A stretch of 64,000 nt of DNA from Octopus sinensis (Eukaryota). The notes under the pieces were generated by a model. The model was given only the letters and a program-made list of their open reading frames with translations. It did not search any database and was not told where the DNA came from. How positions within the stretch are numbered: the first letter of the stretch is position 1; the number at the start of each line of letters is the position of its first letter. This document shows, piece by piece, positions 24,496-36,940 of the stretch. The stretch spans positions 8,928,001-8,992,000 of the forward strand of contig NC_043005.1 in NCBI RefSeq assembly GCF_006345805.1. The letters are read 5' to 3'. A program made the position numbers and the translations under genes.

Positions 24496-24868
24496 TGGAG
24501 GCGCAATGGCCCAGTAGTTAGGGCAGCGGACTCACGGTTTCGATTCCCAGACCGGGCGTTGTGAGTGTTTATTGAGCGAAAACACCTAAAAGCTCCACGA
24601 GGCTCCGGCAGGGGATGGTGGTGATCCCTGCTGTACTCTTTCACCACAACTTTCTCTCACTCTTACTTCCTGTTTCTGTTGTACCTGTATTTCAAGGGGC
24701 CGGCCTTGTCACTCTCTGTGTCACGCTGAATATCCCTGAGAACTACGTTAAGGGTACACGTGTCTGTGGAGTGCTCAGCCACTTACACGTTAATTTCACG
24801 AGCAGGCTGTTCCGTTGATTCAAATCAACCGGAACCCCCGTCGTCGTAACCGACGGAGTGCTCCATCC
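24496..24868 (+). mobile_element. tRNA-derived SINE family C: head C + tail X
   Basis: A-box TGGCCCAGTAGTTAGG, B-box GTTTCGATTC, body GAGCGAAAACACCTAAAAGCTCC, tail ending CCGACGGAGTGCTCC. Confidence 0.88.
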
Positions 24869-24899
24869 AGTACAAATATATACGAGCATTCTTTCATCA

Positions 24900-25690
24900 C
24901 AATCACTTAAGGAACACACTGTTGGTATCAATGGCTGCTTTAATGCCGGGTCGGAAACTTTGACATGTCCGAATCAGATGATCTTTATCAATTTTGGAAA
25001 TAGTGCTGGTTATGGCGAACTTAAGAGATTGTATGGTGTTAAGGGGTGTTGATTGATATCTTTCTCAACTATATCCCTTACGTAATTGTCCAGTGGATTG
25101 CAGTCTGGCGACCTAGGATGTCATGAATCTGCGAGAGCTTGATTATGGAGACTGACATGCAACTACACTTGGGTTGTCCTAGCCTTATGAGATTGAGCCT
25201 CTTAAGATACAGTATTTCCTTATGTAATTTGTCCATCTAAGGCCTCAAAACTTTCTACAATAGCTGTAGTTTGACGGCGGCATTGACACTTTAGTCCCGT
25301 GAAAAAAAAGTGAGCAGGCATGAGATCTTTGTTGCTGACCACTCCCAGAAACACCTCGGTTTCTGAGAACTTAGTATGTATGACCGTTGGAACATTATTT
25401 AAGTTTCTGCATAACCATCTATCATTCCTTCGCCTTACCTTTTGGTCCTGGTCGATGTGTTACTCATCAGAGGAAAACCAAAGCATTCCACCCTCTTGAA
25501 GTTTTAACAGGTTTAGCAAGCGCTTAGTACAGATCGAACGATACTCCCTTGTCTTGACGGACATAGACTGACCCCTTCACACCATATACGACTTGTACCA
25601 GATGTCCTCCTGCACAACTCTTACGATGGTATATTCTGTCTGTTTCGCTTTACAGATATAAAGCGAGTAGAAATATTTGCTCCAATAATT
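24900..25690 (-). mobile_element. decayed Tc1/mariner transposase remnant
   Basis: Minus-strand peptide PRSPDCNPLDNYVRDIVEKDINQHP (SPDLNP-like motif). Many stops. Confidence 0.7.
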
Positions 25691-25824
25691 CTGTTTCTTT
25701 AGGTGATATTTCAAGATGTTTTAGTTTCTGTTTTTAATAGTTCGAGATCGCATAGATTTTGCGCTCACATGTTATAGTAGCAGTAACATTAGTAGCTTCT
25801 TCTGAAGCAGTAATGGTAATACTA

Positions 25825-26278
25825 ATTTCAAATTTTGGCATAAGGCCAGAAATTTTGGAGGAGAGTTTAAGTCGATTACAAAGACCCCACTGTTCGAATG
25901 GTACTCATTTTATCGACACCGAAAGGATGAAAGGCAAAGGAATTTCAACTCAGAACGTAAATCCTGCGTTCTAACGAATCTGCTTGCTCAACGACTTCAA
26001 GTAGTGATAATGATATTGGTAAGTTTCAAATATAAATATTTGACCGGAAAGTTTATTCCACGAAATACTTTATTATAATGATTTCTGATTTAGTTACAAG
26101 AACAGTAAATTTGAGCGTTCAGTCGAAACCATCGACTCTGGCAGTTGACTGATATTTTATTTTATCGACTTTGAACTGAAGATAGGAAAATATGACATCG
26201 GCAGGATTTGAACCCAAAGTATAAAAAGCGGTAACAAAACTTGCAAGGTGTTTTCTTCGCTCTAACGATTCTGCCAGT
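25825..26278 (-). mobile_element. two old family-A SINE remnants (about 25825-25985 and 26085-26278)
   Basis: Partial matches to the family-A central domain and head. Confidence 0.65.
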
Positions 26279-28758
26279 ACCGATATTCACAGCTTGTAAC
26301 AGTCTCTTATACTAACGTTGACAAGAGTCCCTTTTGGCACATTATATTTGAATATAGGCACATCTAACACTTTGTGAAGCTACATTGGTTTGGGTATGTT
26401 TGTTATAGAAACAATCCGGTTTCTAAGAATGCTCTATAGAATAGCGATAGAGCTTTTGTAAAAGTTTTTGACGATAATGTTTCGATTTCTCATTACCACA
26501 TTATCTTCTGAACCTGAAGATAATGTCTCCATTTATTATCGTTCTTACTGTTTCCCTCCCAAGATATCTATATGTAGACATTTTCATGGTGCTATTTTCT
26601 CGTCGAAACGTCTTTGTACCGATGATGAAATACAGATGACATGTTTCGGGAAAATCTCCTCAAATCTTGCTAGCTTAGTGGCCCACCCACCCTCCAAGAT
26701 TGCGCAATAAAGCCCACACGCACTCGCACTTACACACGCGCACACATATAAACCTATTGTGCATGTTTATGTGTAAATTAAGATATAAACTGATGGAAGA
26801 TGTGTTACATAAAATGATGGATTAAGCCTATATGGACAGAAATTCAACATATCCTTACCAAAATAGCGAATGATTTCTCTCTGACGTAAGATGTAATGGA
26901 TATACAACTGGAAAAAGAATTAACTGAAAGATGTAATTAAGTTCGTGATTAATAATCCATAAATTTCGTTTGCAGATAAAATATTTAAACAAGTTAGGGC
27001 CATCCCAACGGGCCATAAATGTAATCTGATATTGGCTGACATATTTATTATGGGTGATTATAGTTTTCTTAATGGTTTCTACAACTATAAAAGTAGGTTC
27101 TCATTAAAGAACTTAGCGGATGTTACCATTATACAGATGATAGTTTTGCTCTAAATTACGTTTTATTTTTAAATTTTTAATATCCACTTCATAAAATTTA
27201 TCCTAGTGATTTGGAAACGGGATGTCTCAGATGTTAAAAAGAAGTGAATTAGATATTACGATAGAGAATAGTAATAATTTGATTATAAATGTTTATATGA
27301 AATTAATTATTTTAATTTTGAAGGACGTCAATGTCTTATGCCTGTAGCAACACACAAGATATTTTGCGTCACAACAGTATGAGTTATTGCACAATAGAAA
27401 ATCGGTTTGATAAAAATATAGCTTCACATGAAGCGAATAAATAGGCATGCTAACTAGACGCTTTACTTAGGCCTTAAGTAGACAGTCATATTTTTAAGAA
27501 GTCGGTTTTGTTTCAATCGTGTAGTTAAATTGTGATAATACTTAGAATTCGATATATTTGAAAATATACGTATATGTTCAAAATAAAGCTTATCTAAATT
27601 TTTAATACAATAATCTAAATTTTTTAAGTATAGTTTGTCATTATCTCCCTTCAGTGCTCATTATTTCCGCTTCTAAGAGTAATGTTCCATGCGAACAGTC
27701 TCACTTATAAAATAACAATGGCATTCACTCGCAGGCGAGTATAACGTAATAGGATTAACCCAGTTTTAGCTGTTTTAGGTGGACATTCCTATCGTTGACC
27801 CCGCGGATTATCCAGTATACGACAATACAAACATACACACACGCACGTGTACACTACACATACACACACACATACACACACACCCGCACGCACGAACGAA
27901 CGAACGAACGAACATACACACACACGCACACACAAAACTGTAGAGAACTGCCCACTAGACACTATCTGGCAAAGTTGATAGTGCAAAGCACCAAGGTTGA
28001 GTCAAGATGAAACTAAATGATACATTGGGGCAGCGGATCTCACATTCAAGAGTCCTCACTGCAAGCCCAAACATTCATTTGTTAGCCCCGGTAGAGAATA
28101 CGAAACAGCTTTGTCGAAGTTCTCGCGTGAAATAAGTCCGCACGAATTAAAACCTACCTATTGGTCTATAATAGCTAGTGTGCAATCATACAAGAAAAAC
28201 AGTTCCAAGTCAATGATGTAGGGTGTCTTTTGTTTGAGAGAACAATTAAAAATTTTGATTCACGACAGTAACAGTGTGAACAAAGAAACTAAGCTGTTAG
28301 CGCCTTGCATGCACGCGGCTAAGTATATTTCATGCAACAAGCTTCTTTGAACACGCTCCTATATGCAGTCACTGTTTTTCAAAAGAAAAATATTAATAAA
28401 AGCATTATTCAAAAGCATTTCTTTCAAACATTTCTAAAACAGCAATGGCATTTCATGATTTCGATCGTACGGAGTATAAGACGTATGGTGTATAAGACGG
28501 GAACCAGCAATGAAATAGAAAAAGGGAGCTCGAAGCAGCTTGCGCTCATATATATCTATATACAGAGAGGGAAGGAAAGAGAAATACAGAGAGCGAGAAA
28601 GAGAGAGAGAGAGAATGAAAGAGAGCGAGCGAGAGAGAGAGCAAGTTTTTTGTTTCATATGGACATTCTTGGTAGATATAATGTACTTTTCTTTTACTTA
28701 TATTAAGTATATGATAATCCATATGACGTAGGTGTTTCATATCTGTAACCCAACTCAC

Positions 28759-29165
28759 GTATACTTTACGTTGTCGAGCAGTTACTGTTTACATCTCGTT
28801 CGGAGATTTATCATTGCTTGCAGACAGTTTTTCGAAATCAGTGACGGAAATTACTAGAAAAACAATAATTATTTGCAAACAGGTCTCCCTTCAGCGTAAA
28901 CCGGTGATTGCCGTACGCCGAAGACAGGCAAATACCTAGAAACTGCAGTCGGTGCGCATCACTTAGGTTTACGAGAGAGGGATGACCTCCCTTTGCAAAT
29001 ACCATAAGGGCACAGAAAGTGTACCTAAAGCCATCTGGAGACGATGATCTCCTGGGGCTAAAAGCTACAGTAACACCCACCCTTAGTGGTTAGCCATATT
29101 GAGATGGCTAGTATACTTTACGTTGTCGAGCAGTTACTGTTTACATCTCGTTCAGAGATTTATTA
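28759..29165 (+). repeat. 54-bp direct repeat (28759 and 29110) framing a Helitron-related segment
   Basis: GTATACTTTACGTTGTCGAGCAGTTACTGTTTACATCTCGTTC occurs twice. 29060-29120 matches the reverse complement of the insert in the Helitron at 42705-42770. Confidence 0.8.
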
Positions 29166-29227
29166 TTAACTCATTTAAAGTTTCATAGAAGTTGAATAAC
29201 TACGCTAACATATAACTTTATTCAAGA

Positions 29228-29617
29228 CTAGCAGTATCACCCGGTGTTGCTCGGGTTTGTTTCGACCCTTTAGAATTGGAATTTAAAAGGGAACATTTTG
29301 CAATATGTAGGTTGTTATTCTCTTTAAGTGAACATTTTCCTGGTTGAAATACACCAAAAAATGGCGACACAGCAGCAAAACAAAATCGTAAAAAATAGGG
29401 ATTTTCATAGAAAAAAAAGCACCTTTTTTATGTAAATAATTTTCGGTCTTAACATGGTCCAATTTGAATTTTATCTTCTACGGAATAAAGAGCAAGCCTT
29501 CTACTATCATACTTTCAATTTTGGTCAACTTGCGCCGTAGGGTCTCGGAGGAGATAGTGTTAGTTGAAGGCTACCAAACCTGCCACACACAGACAACTTC
29601 AGCTTTATATAGATAGA
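29228..29617 (-). mobile_element. non-autonomous Helitron (subfamily 2)
   Basis: A|TC 5' end and a 3' hairpin CCCGAGCAACACCGGG followed by CTAG|T on the minus strand. Confidence 0.8.
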
Positions 29618-30307
29618 TAACTTTAACATGTTTTAAAAAGCGCTATTTTATAGAACATTTCACCTATGCAGCATCTTACTTAAATCTACAACTGATATTA
29701 CATTAAATTAATGGAACAGACGATTTACTTCTCTCGCTAAATTCCATTTTTAAAAATATTTCAAAACTAGATCAGTAATTAGAGTTTTGTAAAATACAAT
29801 GACATTGTGGGGAAAGAAAATAAATGTAGATATATTGTGAAATGACAACTACGCTCAACATGTTTCACTACCGTGTCTCCAATATTTATCATACCAACCA
29901 TGTGTAATGGTATTACTAGAAGTATAATTTAAACATATGCTACAACATTAACCAGACGTTGCGTATGCAGACAGGAGGTGTCTGTTTGATATATTACATG
30001 TACGTGAGCAGCACAAAATACCCTCACGATTCTTGATTAATGATAAATTTATCATCTGCCTATTCTCATTAGAATGCAGTTACTACAGCTGTTGTTGTTG
30101 TTTAACCACAGGTTTTCACTGCGCATCTATGTTTAAGATAAATAGATATTCATTTTGTGAACATTCCGCCGTTTACTTTGGGAATTTTCTAATCCGTACT
30201 GTATCATCCAGGGTATCCCCTTTAAGACGATATGAATTTGTTCGATGAAAATTTCACAACTGTTTCGAGTAGGTCAAGAGATCATATAAAGCTTCCGTAA
30301 TGCAATA

Positions 30308-30703
30308 TCTTTATATATAAAGGTAAGGTTGTGTGTCTATCCCCTACGATTTAGATTCCTAACTACTCCCACATTTTGCGGTGCAGTGTAACCAAAACCG
30401 GGTATCTTATAGTCGTGATTCATATCGAGCCCTTCTGGGTATTAGCGCGCTTCTACGATGAGTCTAAGATAAAAAAAAAATTACCATCAGTTTTTTTCCA
30501 TTTAATGCATTTTTTCGCTATTATATAAGGGAAGTAACTCTCTAAAAATGTCTACGATGAGTCAACGATTTAAAAAAAAATTACCATAATTTTTTTTCCA
30601 TTTTTAATGCATTTTTTTTGCTATTTTTTGGCTATAACACTCTAAAAATGCTTATATAGTTATTTCCCTTACAAACCCGAGCAACGCCGGGCGATACTGC
30701 TAG
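30308..30703 (+). mobile_element. non-autonomous Helitron (subfamily 1)
   Basis: A|TCTTTATATATAAAG...CCCGAGCAACGCCGGGCGATACTGCTAG|T. Copies at 42.6 and 63.2 kb. Confidence 0.88.
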
Positions 30704-31082
30704 TTTAAAGATAATTCAAAAAGGAATATGTCTTAATATAAACGAAAGGATATAGAATAATTTTATCATCATTTAGATTGTGGTGGCGGTAGTTTAACAA
30801 GGATTTTTAGATCATTTTTGAAAAGAGTGTCTTGGAGAGTAAAAACCAACCGTCTATGCCAAATACCAACTAAATTTCTGAATAATATAACAGTAAGTGT
30901 ACATTATTGTAGTTTTCGACAAAATTGTTAAATAGTATCGGATACGAGCTATAATAATTTCCGTCGAATCCCCAGAGCCTCAGATGGATCACAGGAAAAG
31001 GCTGAATACATGAGAGATGTAGAAGGATGTGTGATGCTTATATCTTCTGCTAATGCACCATATCAAAGAGTGATACACAATA

Positions 31083-31113
<31 letters not shown>

Positions 31114-31177
31114 CTTCTTCTTCTTCTTCTTCTTCTTCTTCTTCTTCTTCTTCTTCTTCCTCTTACTATTATTTTGA

Positions 31178-31318
31178 AGGTGGTGAGTTGGCAGAATCCT
31201 TAGCGCGCTGGACAAAATGCTTAGCGGTATTTCGCACGTGGCTCTGTTCTGACTTCAAATTCCGCCGAGGTTGACTTTGCCTTTATTCCATTAGCGGTCG
31301 ATAAATCAAGTACCACTG
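31178..31318 (+). mobile_element. family-A SINE, 3'-truncated
   Basis: Head GAAGGTGGTGAGTTGGCAGAA through AAGTACCA. Confidence 0.8.
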
Positions 31319-31404
31319 GTAGTAGTAGTAGTAGTAGTCGTTGTAGTTGTTGTAGTTATGTCCGTGATCTAGCAGAATCATTTGTCATTCAGGGTTTGAA
31401 ATTC

Positions 31405-32095
31405 GTGATGCAGTTAAATACTTAGAAAATGAGTCCTTGTTTTTATTCTTTGACACTGGCATTGATGATTCAGGCAGAATTTTAGTTTTTTCCTCAGAAA
31501 AAAGGTTGGGATGATATGGAGGGTCATGTGTGCCCAGTCTATTTGCCTTACTTCATGACAAAAAAGAAGCCTCATATCGTGTTCTGTTTGCTGTGTGGGA
31601 TTTAAGGGCAAATTGTCGACCTGCGACCAGTCTCATAGATTTTGAAAAAGCTCTCCATATTTCATTTCAATTCTGTATTTCCGCATTTAGAAGTCGTTGG
31701 GTATGTTTTTCATCTCGGACAGTCTATTTGGCGGAAGATATGTGCACTTGTTGAGTGTAGGAGATACAACATGAATGAAATTTTTCAGCTAAAAATTAAG
31801 TGTTTTGCGCTTTAGCATTTTTACAAATTGAAGACCTTGACAATAGATTTGAAGATTTGTCTGATCATATAATCATCTCTTCTTAGTTTATCTATTATGA
31901 GAATTCATACATGGGGACTGTAAGGGGACGAGGTCTTCGTCGACGAAGAGAAACCCCACAGTTTGCTATCCAACTCTGGAATATATGGGACCGCATTTGA
32001 AATGACTTGCCAAGAGCAAATAATTCGGTAAAAGGGTGCCGCAATGCTTTGCAGTCATCGATAACATTCACACTTCCAAATTTGTGCAATGCCCT
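31405..32095 (+). mobile_element. decayed MULE (Mutator-like) transposase remnant
   Basis: Peptides RILVFSSE, LFALLHDKKEASYRVLF, SLIDFEKAL, GYVFHLGQSIWRKI and FAIQLWNI...DLPRANNSVKG match MULE DDE-domain motifs. Confidence 0.8.
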
Positions 32096-32099
32096 TAAC

Positions 32100-32154
32100 A
32101 CTGAAGAAAGCGGACTACTAAACCCAAGACTGCGAGTTCGATTCGAGGCAGTGA

Positions 32155-32235
<81 letters not shown>

Positions 32236-32265
32236 TGATGATAATAATAGTATTAATAATAATAA

Positions 32266-32319
<54 letters not shown>

Positions 32320-32580
32320 TGATGATGATGATGATGATAATAATAATAATAATAATAATAACAATAATAATAATAATAATAATAATATAATAATAATAAT
32401 AATAATAATAATATAATAATAATAATAATAACAATAACAACATCGAAAACTACCTTAGGAATGAGAACCCAAGTTCGAAATTTCCCCAAAAGACCTGATG
32501 AAGGCTGGAGGGTATATCAGTCGAAACGTTGTGTTAACAACAAGATGAGAACAAATATCTGTCAAATGTAAATAATGTAT
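32100..32580 (+). mobile_element. SINE-like element: tRNA-like head, internal (AAT)n, Penelope-type tail with hammerhead
   Basis: B-box GTTCGATTC at 32136-32144, (AAT)n at 32158-32440, then unique tail containing the hammerhead below. No clear A-box in this copy. Confidence 0.6.
32490..32535 (+). ncRNA. minimal type-I hammerhead ribozyme motif (PLE type)
   Basis: CTGATGA (32495-32501) + extra A, 5-bp stem II GGCTG/CAGTC, GAAA (32523-32526), palindromic ACGT stem III, H17=U (32530), stem I with 4 of 5 pairs. Confidence 0.72.
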
Positions 32581-32802
32581 TAAACTTTTTTTCAAAACCT
32601 TATTTTCATGTACTCGCCATCACTTGTATGTAAATATGTGAATAATATGCTATCTACAATGTATTCATATTACCTACAGGGAAATTTACCGTAATGGAAT
32701 TTACCTAGAACCCTATCCGACTATAGCTCTCCACAATCTTTCCGGCCTTGTGCATATAGTAGAAACGATTAGTAATAGTATTAGTAGTGGAGTGGTAACA
32801 GC

Positions 32803-32809
<7 letters not shown>

Positions 32810-32882
<73 letters not shown>

Positions 32883-32925
32883 AAGTAGTGGTGGGGGGCT
32901 AGTAGTAGTAGTAGTAGAAGTAGAA
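32810..32925. repeat. (TAG)n/(TGG)n tract
   Basis: Direct read. Confidence 0.95.
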
Positions 32926-33539
32926 ACTATCTGGATTTGCTTCTCCAATATTCTTGGTAATAAAATCCATAAATTCTCCCCGTAAATCTTTATCTTACAA
33001 TCTATTTATATAAATCTATATAAGATGAGCCTTGCAAATTATTTTAAATGTCCAAAATATGATAACATTGCGAGTGAAAGGAGTTAATTGTTTCGTCCAA
33101 TACTTAAGCAGTTTGATTAAGGTGAAAAAGCTGGAATTGTTACTCGTCGTCGACGGCTTTATCTCATATCCGAAAATTAATTTTCTCCTGTGCTGAAATC
33201 TTCTTTTATGGTGATGGCATTGATGACTCTGTAGACCAATTCTTGCATAGAATGGTCGATGGCATTGATTCCATGACGGCAATGGTGGAAGATGAGGTTG
33301 ATTTTGTCGAGACTTTCTCTCTTGTCGTTGGATTTATTTCCTTTTCTCTTCTGGCGGCTTCGATGTTTTTGGCTTTGATGGTGATCTAACACCGCCGCTT
33401 GTTACGGTCTTGGGTTTGTGTTTCAAACATTTTAACCTCAAAACGAGTGGCTTTCAGTGTTGCTTGGTGTTGTTATTCCTGCTGAACTATTGTTTAGTCT
33501 CAAGTCAGCTTTCATCCAGTAGCTACTATGAACAATATC

Positions 33540-33772
33540 TCTTTCTTTACTACCCACAAGGGGCTAAACACAGAGAGGACAAACAATGACAGACTAACAG
33601 ATTAAGTCGATTATATCGACTCCAGTACGTAACTGTTACTTATTTAATCGACCCCGAAAGGATGAAAGGCAAAGTCGACCTCGGCGGATTTTGAACTCAG
33701 AACGTAGCGGCAGACGAAATACCGATAAGCATTTCGCCCGGCGTGCTAACGATTCTGCCAGCTCGCCGCCTT
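33540..33772 (-). mobile_element. family-A SINE, full length, TSD ATGAACAATATC
   Basis: Head, central domain and tail present; direct repeat on both flanks. Confidence 0.9.
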
Positions 33773-34544
33773 AAATGAACAATATCATTGAATGTTTACC
33801 ATCGCATCTTATCTAGGCATTGTATATATCTCGGAATACATTATCAACCTTGACGATTCTAAGGCGTAGGATATGATTAGAGGGAAATAGTTTCTATTTC
33901 CAGTCGGTTGGGCGCCAGGTTAGAGCTTGTATCGCCTCTTTGTTGTTTAGGCTTCAAGTGAATATTAAAACCAGGTTTACATCCCCAGCTACCAAAAATT
34001 ATATATTCCGGTACTGGTTCCATTTTTAGTAATAATAATGTACTTCTTGCACTATTTTATGAGGAAAGAGCAGAAGTTCATGAGATAAATATTGTAAAAG
34101 GACACAAGGAATCTAACATTTGTAAGTCGTGCATTTAACTCGAAGCAGGGAAGATAATAAAGATAATAAAGGAAAGATAAAGATATCAATACACGTTAAA
34201 TTTCATTTCGGGTTTTCTTGTAATGAGATATCAAGTTAATCTTGTCTCTTCCGTATGGAAACTGTTCAAAGTAAGTTGTTTTATTTATTGTTGTTTAGCC
34301 CTAGGTCAGCTCTGACTGAGTAAGACTGAGATGAAAGTAATTCCTCTGATAAGGTTCGCATCTTTTTGTATGTTAGTTCATCCAGTGTCCAACGTGTCCT
34401 TTGTGTGTGATTTGACAGTCATTTATCTACCATAGCTAGCAGTTCTAACAAGTGCATAGATACTCCTTCGTTCGTTCATTACAGTAGTGATTTGAACCAC
34501 GTCGGATGTGACGGATTATGCTTTTGATCAAAGGTATAGCATAC

Positions 34545-34778
34545 TTATTTCTATATTGCCCACAAGGGGCTAAACATAGAGGGGACAAACAAGGACAGGC
34601 AAACAGATTAAGTCGATTACATCGGCCCCAGTGCGTAACTGGTACTTAATTTATCGACCCCGAAAGGATGAAAGGCAAAGTCGACCTCGGCGGAATTTGA
34701 ACTCAGAACGTAACGGCAGATGAAATACCGCTAAGCATTCCACCCGGCGTGCTAACGATTCTGCCAGCTTGCCGCCTT
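34545..34778 (-). mobile_element. family-A SINE, full length, TSD CAAAGGTATAGCAT
   Basis: As above. Confidence 0.9.
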
Positions 34779-35299
34779 TGATTCAAAGGTATAGCATTCT
34801 ATGCCCATCAGGATTATATATTCAGGCATATTTCATTGCAATCTCATGAAGCAATGTAATTTTTCACTTTGCTTTTTGGAGACGTGAGGGTGTGATTTAA
34901 AAGAGATTTGTAGCTATTTCAAGCATATCCTCTTACGCGTTGGCTTGTTTATGTGCATCGTTGGATGCTTTTCTCTGTCTCGTGTTAATTGTTAGCCCTT
35001 GAATTCAATAATGTTCTTCAATTCAATAATACCATAGCAAAGATGTTTATGTACATTGCATCCTATACATACTACCAACAGGAAATCTAACGAAACAGAC
35101 CCTCACGAAATAGTACTCTCACGAAATAGATCTCACGAAAGAGATCCTCAAAAGTCTGAAATGGAAACCCAGGTACATTATGTAGTTCTAAGCACGCAAT
35201 AAAAATGGGATGGTCACAGTTGGAATACCTTTGTTTCGAACCAGTGAAACATGAACGATAATAGATCCTATCTGATATATATATATATATATATATATA

Positions 35300-35696
35300 C
35301 TCTTTACTCTCTCTTACTTGTTTCAGTCATTTGACTGCGGCCATGCTGGAGCACCGCCTTTAGTCGAGCAAATCGACCCCGGAACTTATTCTTTGTAAGC
35401 CTAGTACTTATTCTATCGGTCTCTTTTGCCGAACCGCTAAGTGACGGGAACGTAAACACACAAGCATCGGTTGTCAAGCAATGCTAGTAGGGGGACAAAC
35501 ATATACACACACATACACATATATATATATACATATATACGACAGGCTTCTTTCAGTTTCCGTCTACCAAATCCACTCACAAGGCTTTGGTCGGCCCGAG
35601 ACTATAGTAGAAGACACTTGCCCAAGATGCCACGCAGTGGGACTGAACCCGGAACCATGTGGTTGGTAAGCAAGCTACTTACCACACAGCCACTCC

Positions 35697-35697
<1 letters not shown>
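35300..35697 (-). mobile_element. CORE-type SINE (family B), full length
   Basis: Same sequence as 1173-1615. Confidence 0.9.
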
Positions 35698-35727
<30 letters not shown>

Positions 35728-36354
35728 GTTTGTGTAGTTTTCTGCCTTCACTCGTGATTTAATCGGGCTCTCTGTCGCTTTCTCTCCTTGTACACACACA
35801 CACGCACACACACACACGCACACACACGCACGCACACGCACATGTAATGCAATTGCAGTTTATTTCCAACATTTTCTTTAGTAATAAAACGTTTCGAATA
35901 TCGATCGATTATATGTAGATATATGACGTTTGCGGACAGAAGAATATAGACTGACAGCTGTTTAAGAGGACTTTATATCTTCATTTACTTTACGTCGGAT
36001 AAAGACAAATAATAACGATTAGTTTATTTACCATACTTTACCTTATTTAATAAATCTTCATATTACAGATATCTGATTTATAAGAATAAATTCTCCATAG
36101 CAATAATATACAGAAAAGTAATATCTTACAAATATAATGAATATATATTGAAAATTTTCATACTGTTTTCGAGAAAAAATTGTTCTTACGAAACAACTTG
36201 TATTTTATAGTTCACTTTTACAATATGAATTACATAATATGATTTTATCACATGAAATAGTGAAAGGAAGAAGGTCGGCATCTTTTGTTTTTTTCACTTC
36301 GGCGGGGTCTGTAACACCAGTGGGAGTACGAGAGTGATTATAATTCTGTATTTA

Positions 36355-36940
36355 GGGCGGCGAGCTGGCAGAAACGTTAGCACGCCGGGCGAAATGCTTA
36401 GCAGTATTTGGTCTGCCGTTACGTTCTGAGTTCAAATTCCGCCGAAGTCGACTTTGTCTTTAAAAGGCGGCGAGCTGGCAGAAACGTTAGCACTCCGGGC
36501 GAAATGCGTAGCAGTATTTGGTCTGCCGTTACGTTCTGAGTTCAAATTCCGCCGAAGTCGACTTTGCCTTTCACCCTTTCGGGGTCGATTAAATAAGTAC
36601 CAGTTATGCACTGGAGTCGATGTAATCGACTTAATCCTTTTGGCTGTCCTCTCTGTATTTAGCCCCTTGTGGGTAGTAAAGAAATAGGTATTTTGTTCGT
36701 CTTTAAAGGAGGCGAGTTGGCAGAAACGTTAGCACGCCGGGAGAAATGAGTAGCAGTATTTGGTCTGCCGTTACGTTCTGAGTTCAAATTCCACCGAGGT
36801 CGACTTTGCCTTTGATCCTTTCGGCGTTGATAAATTAAGTACCTGTTACGCACTGGGGTCGATGTAATCGACTTAATCCGTTGTTTGTCTGTCCTTGTTT
36901 GTCCCCTCTGTCTTTAGCCCCTTGTGGGAAGTAAAGAAAT
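36355..36940 (+). mobile_element. three head-to-tail family-A SINE units
   Basis: Heads at about 36355, 36465 and 36707. The first unit is truncated; the others extend to the tail. Confidence 0.9.

Noticed and set aside
24496-24560. SINE heads as tRNA genes
   Set aside because: A/B boxes are present but there is no complete cloverleaf, and each continues into a repeat body.
33016-33500. semi-open minus-strand frames, possible LINE ORF1 relic
   Set aside because: No recognisable motif, so not assignable.
35085-35150. short CTCACGAAA(T/G)AG repeats resembling a mini-array
   Set aside because: Three to four degenerate ~13-17-bp tandem units without unique spacers. Not CRISPR; eukaryotic context and no cas genes.
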